Of a stretch of DNA of 64,000 nucleotides, positions 58,721 through 64,000 are shown in pieces (the first letter of the stretch is position 1; every line of letters starts with the position of its first letter). The stretch comes from Chrysomallon squamiferum. Taxonomy: Eukaryota > Animalia > Mollusca. The stretch covers positions 18,228,001-18,292,000 of the forward strand of contig CM022677.1 of the NCBI GenBank assembly GCA_012295275.1, given 5' to 3'. The notes beneath the pieces are model-generated. The model did not search any database, was not told where the DNA came from, and saw nothing but the letters and a program-made list of their open reading frames with translations. The position numbers and the translations under genes are program-made.

Positions 58721-59051
58721 GTGTAAGTGGTGACATCCGGACACATCTGTCTAGATTATAACTGACACTTAACTGTTAAATAAATAATTTTAATGACATC
58801 TGCATGTATAGTTCTTCCTGATAGCTGTCAGCATGTTTGTTTTTTCTCCTTTTGTTGGCTTAAATTACTATATTTTATTTATATATATATATACATGTAT
58901 TCATGGTGCATACATGCGTTTGCTCATGCATATGATATTAAATATTTTTGTATGCTATGGTTCTGTCATTTTCTTAATTTTTTTTCTGTCTGTCTGACTT
59001 TGTTTTATTTTCTTTTTCTCACTCAGTTTCTAACACTTTTTTGGTCTGTTT

Positions 59052-59101
<50 letters not shown>

Positions 59102-60066
59102 GAATGTGTATATATACATTTTTGTGTCTTTTTTCTTTTTCTCTCTGTGTCAAATTATTTTTATTCAGGTTTTATCCCTATTTCAACCATATAATTATTA
59201 ATATGTGTGTATGTGCCTAACCCTAACCCTAACCTGTCTGCATATAAATAAAATATATTATGTAATGATTATGGTATGTGTTTTCCAAGTTAATGCCAAT
59301 GAGAAACACATTTTCTCACCTATCTCTCTCTCTGTGTCTATCATTTTGTCTATCATTCTATCATTCTGTCTGTCCATCTCTCTATCTGTACATTATTCCA
59401 TCTATCTATCCCTTAATGAAAAAAAAATCAATCCAGAATGTTATTTTTATCATATCTGATACTTTATCTAGACCATTTAAAAAAAAAAAATCAGATTATT
59501 TATTGTATATTTTTACTTTTCAGATTCTTTTTGACTGTCTGTACAGCTATGACATGAGTTGAACACTAAAAGAGTAGAAGACAAGGTCCAGATATCAGGA
59601 ATTTCTTGACCAGTCGAAGATATTCCATTCTGGTATTCAGGTCCACACTCAGGAATAAAAAAAAAAAACTGAAGAAAAGAAGATAAAAAAGTGCAGATAA
59701 ATAGGATAAGAAGAAAAGACAAGAAAAGAAATAAAAATAAGACCAAAAGAATAACATCACTGAAAAATAAATCAAAGCAGAGGAATAGAATAAAAAAAAG
59801 GATCATCAACTATTAACTGAGGAAATTAAGTGTTTTTTCCAGTGCTTATAGAATGAATCCTACAGTAAAAATGTCAAAAAAACTAAACTATTAGACTGCT
59901 TTAAAGAGAACATAAAACGAAAAAAAAAAAAACATTTTTTTGATTATTTTAAACTTTGGAAACAGTTTGTGTTATTTTAAAACAGTTGTTTGTTAAGATT
60001 TTAAAATAAAAAAACATTCGGAGCTAGTTTGTTCCGTGTTCCAGCGTCGACTTCTGATTGTTCCTG

Positions 60067-61315
<1,249 letters not shown>

Positions 61316-61385
61316 TGTAAGTCTGTACGTACAGTTTGAGTTTTTTCTTCATTCACTTTGTTTTTCCTATTCATCTTATTTCTTA

Positions 61386-61427
<42 letters not shown>

Positions 61428-61437
61428 TTTTTTTTGT

Positions 61438-61479
<42 letters not shown>

Positions 61480-61701
61480 AAGTTGTAGTACTAATAGTAA
61501 GATTTCCCTTCATTGATTTTTCTTTCTTGTCTCCGTATTTATTATTATTGTTATTATTATTAGTGTTATTGTTATTACTACCCGTGGTAGCAATATGGTA
61601 GTGTTAGTGATAGTGGTAGTACTTGTAGTACTAATAGTAATAATAATAATAGTAGTGGTAGTAGTAGTAGTAGTAGTAGTAGAGTGGTATTACTTTTACT
61701 A

Positions 61702-61734
<33 letters not shown>

Positions 61735-62266
61735 AAATGTTCTTCTTTTTGTGCTTTTTTTTTACTCTGAATAATCCATCTTCTATTTTGATAACAGTTG
61801 AAATAGTTACGACCAGTCTTAAAGATAATAGTATTTCTCTTTTTTTTCAGGTTAGATAACTCTAGATGAATGGACATGTCTGTCTTCTTCATTGGACCAC
61901 TTGTGACATAGGATGACATCACAAACACACACCATCTCAGGTTCAGGCTCCTGAAATAAACAAAAACACACAAATTTTTTTATTCTTAAATTAATACTTC
62001 AACTACTGCTGATGTTTATTTACTATGTAATATAAAGATACTTAAAAAATATTTTCTATAAGAAACATTTTGGTTTGAAACTGGATATGTTTAGGTACAT
62101 TTTTGTTCAGTTTTAGTATTTAGACTTCAGTATTATGAGATAATTTTGTACAAGAAAAGTTTTATATTTTTAAAATTAATATTCTTCAATTTGACGTTTT
62201 CCTTTTCTTCTTCTTTTTTCTTCTTTTTGTGTTGAATTCTTTTGTGAAATGTGAAGACAACCAAAG

Positions 62267-62341
<75 letters not shown>

Positions 62342-64000
62342 CTCTCTCTCTCTGTCAATCTGTAATAATTATAACTAATCATAAATAAAATGAAGAGACA
62401 AATTAAACAATAATTTAAAATTTTATAAATATTTATTGATCTTGCTTGCCTTCAGTTCAGCTGAGTGTATGTGTGTGCGTGTGTCTGTTCAGTAAACAAG
62501 ACATTTTGTACATTTTTTTTTTAGCAGTCCTGTGCTTTTATACATATAACCTGTTACTTTTCTTTTAAATTTGTTTTCTTTGAACTTTTTTGTAAATACT
62601 AGCCTGTTGTTATCTTAGAACAATCACTTTGAAGTTGCCTTAAAGAATATAGCATTAATCATTATTATTTTTTTTTTTTCTAGGCTATAAGTAGATATTT
62701 TAATATATAGAACATGTTAGTTTATTAATTTTTAACCTTTTTTTAAAATTCGTTATTGTTGTAGAGCAATCTAAAAAAAAAAAAATGACAGAAACCAAGA
62801 AGTAATATAGAGTTAATGTTCATAACTTTCAAAAAGTCTATATAGACTGAGCTATGAGACAAAACCAGAAAATGAACAGCAATCATTTTGTTTGTTATTA
62901 TTGTTGTTGTTGCTGTTGTTATTATTGTTTATATTATTATTAAATAATTATCAGTATAAAAAAAATACATTGATAAACTCAGAATTCATTTTGATAATTT
63001 GAAGAAAATAAAATCTACACAGTCTAAATAAAAGGAAAACTTATAACAAAACTAACAACAAAATAATAATAATAAAATAAAATCTATTTTGTAGTATTAT
63101 TAGTATAACTGTTTTTTTTTAAATCCCTATTACCGACCAGTCTAAAAATCCTACAGTGACTGAGGCATAAGCTCACTATCACATTTGTTTTCTGTTCTTG
63201 TTATTATTTTGTTTTTGAATGTTATTTTTTCTGTTGTGTATTTTGGCTTGATAAAATGTGATGGATACAGGGTATTAAAAACAAGCAACAAAGTGTAACA
63301 GTTTCTTTTCATAAAAAAAAAAAAAAATGCACTTAGAAGATTTGACCTAGGAACCCATGGAGAGAGTAGTACCATGATACTTGTTAAGTCCAATCAATTA
63401 TAGCATTTTATTTGTATTAAGAAATTAAAATTAAGATTTCACTGATTTAAGAATTTTCCTTGTGTAGAATGTCCAATTATAATATTTTATTTCACTTAAA
63501 AGAAATTCAAAGTAGATTTCCCAGTTTTAAGAATCTTTCCGCTAAACGGATTTGAACCACAATATCCCATAATTTCACTTAAAGCATTCACACTAATTTT
63601 ACAGATTGTCCACCAAGGAGATTTGAACCTGTATCCTTGTGGTGACCTTTTTATTATAACATTTTTTTAGCTTTCAACCCCATTTTCCCAGATATATATC
63701 TTGTATGTTATACCTTATATACAAATTCTTTTGAAAGGGATTTAATCCAGAATATTATCCTAGTTTGTCTGAATTATTAAATGGATTGTAAACTTTCCAT
63801 AAAGAGGATTTGAACCACAATCCTTTGATAGTTAATCTAATTGTACTATTTTCATTAATAGTATTCTATTTCAAGTTTGTAAGTTATTCTCAATTTAATT
63901 ATTTTTTATTTTAAAAAAAAAGAAAAAATGAAAAGATGGCTTTGACAGTATTTGAACCAAGGTACTCGGAGAATTTATCTAAATAATGTGGGTTCAGTGA

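Overview
Animal genomic DNA, very AT-rich and saturated with (AG)n/(AC)n/(AT)n/(AAT)n microsatellites. An invertebrate, probably a mollusc, is inferred from composition and gene families only. Left 36 kb: a cluster of class A (rhodopsin-like) orphan GPCR paralogues with single coding exons, in mirror arrangement (minus-strand copies left of ~19 kb, plus-strand copies right of it). It holds one intact gene (4466-5572), two full-length copies with a single frameshift (14474-15569, 23792-24972) and two internally deleted pseudogenes (~9960-10275, 33684-34080). The most notable unexplained structure is a ~120-bp non-coding element with an invariant 19-bp core, present six times. Four copies sit ~1-3 kb upstream of a receptor coding exon in gene orientation, followed by a reverse CCAAT box and a splice-donor position, which suggests a family-wide receptor promoter module. 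One copy is an orphan and one points off the left edge. A Tigger/pogo relic lies near the cluster axis. Right 28 kb: a complete 9-exon ER membrane thioredoxin-domain gene (minus, 36456-50566) head-to-head with a CDC42 small effector gene (plus, coding 60067-61315), plus minisatellites and a three-copy ~160-bp interspersed repeat. Nearly all other ORFs in the six-frame track are microsatellite artefacts.
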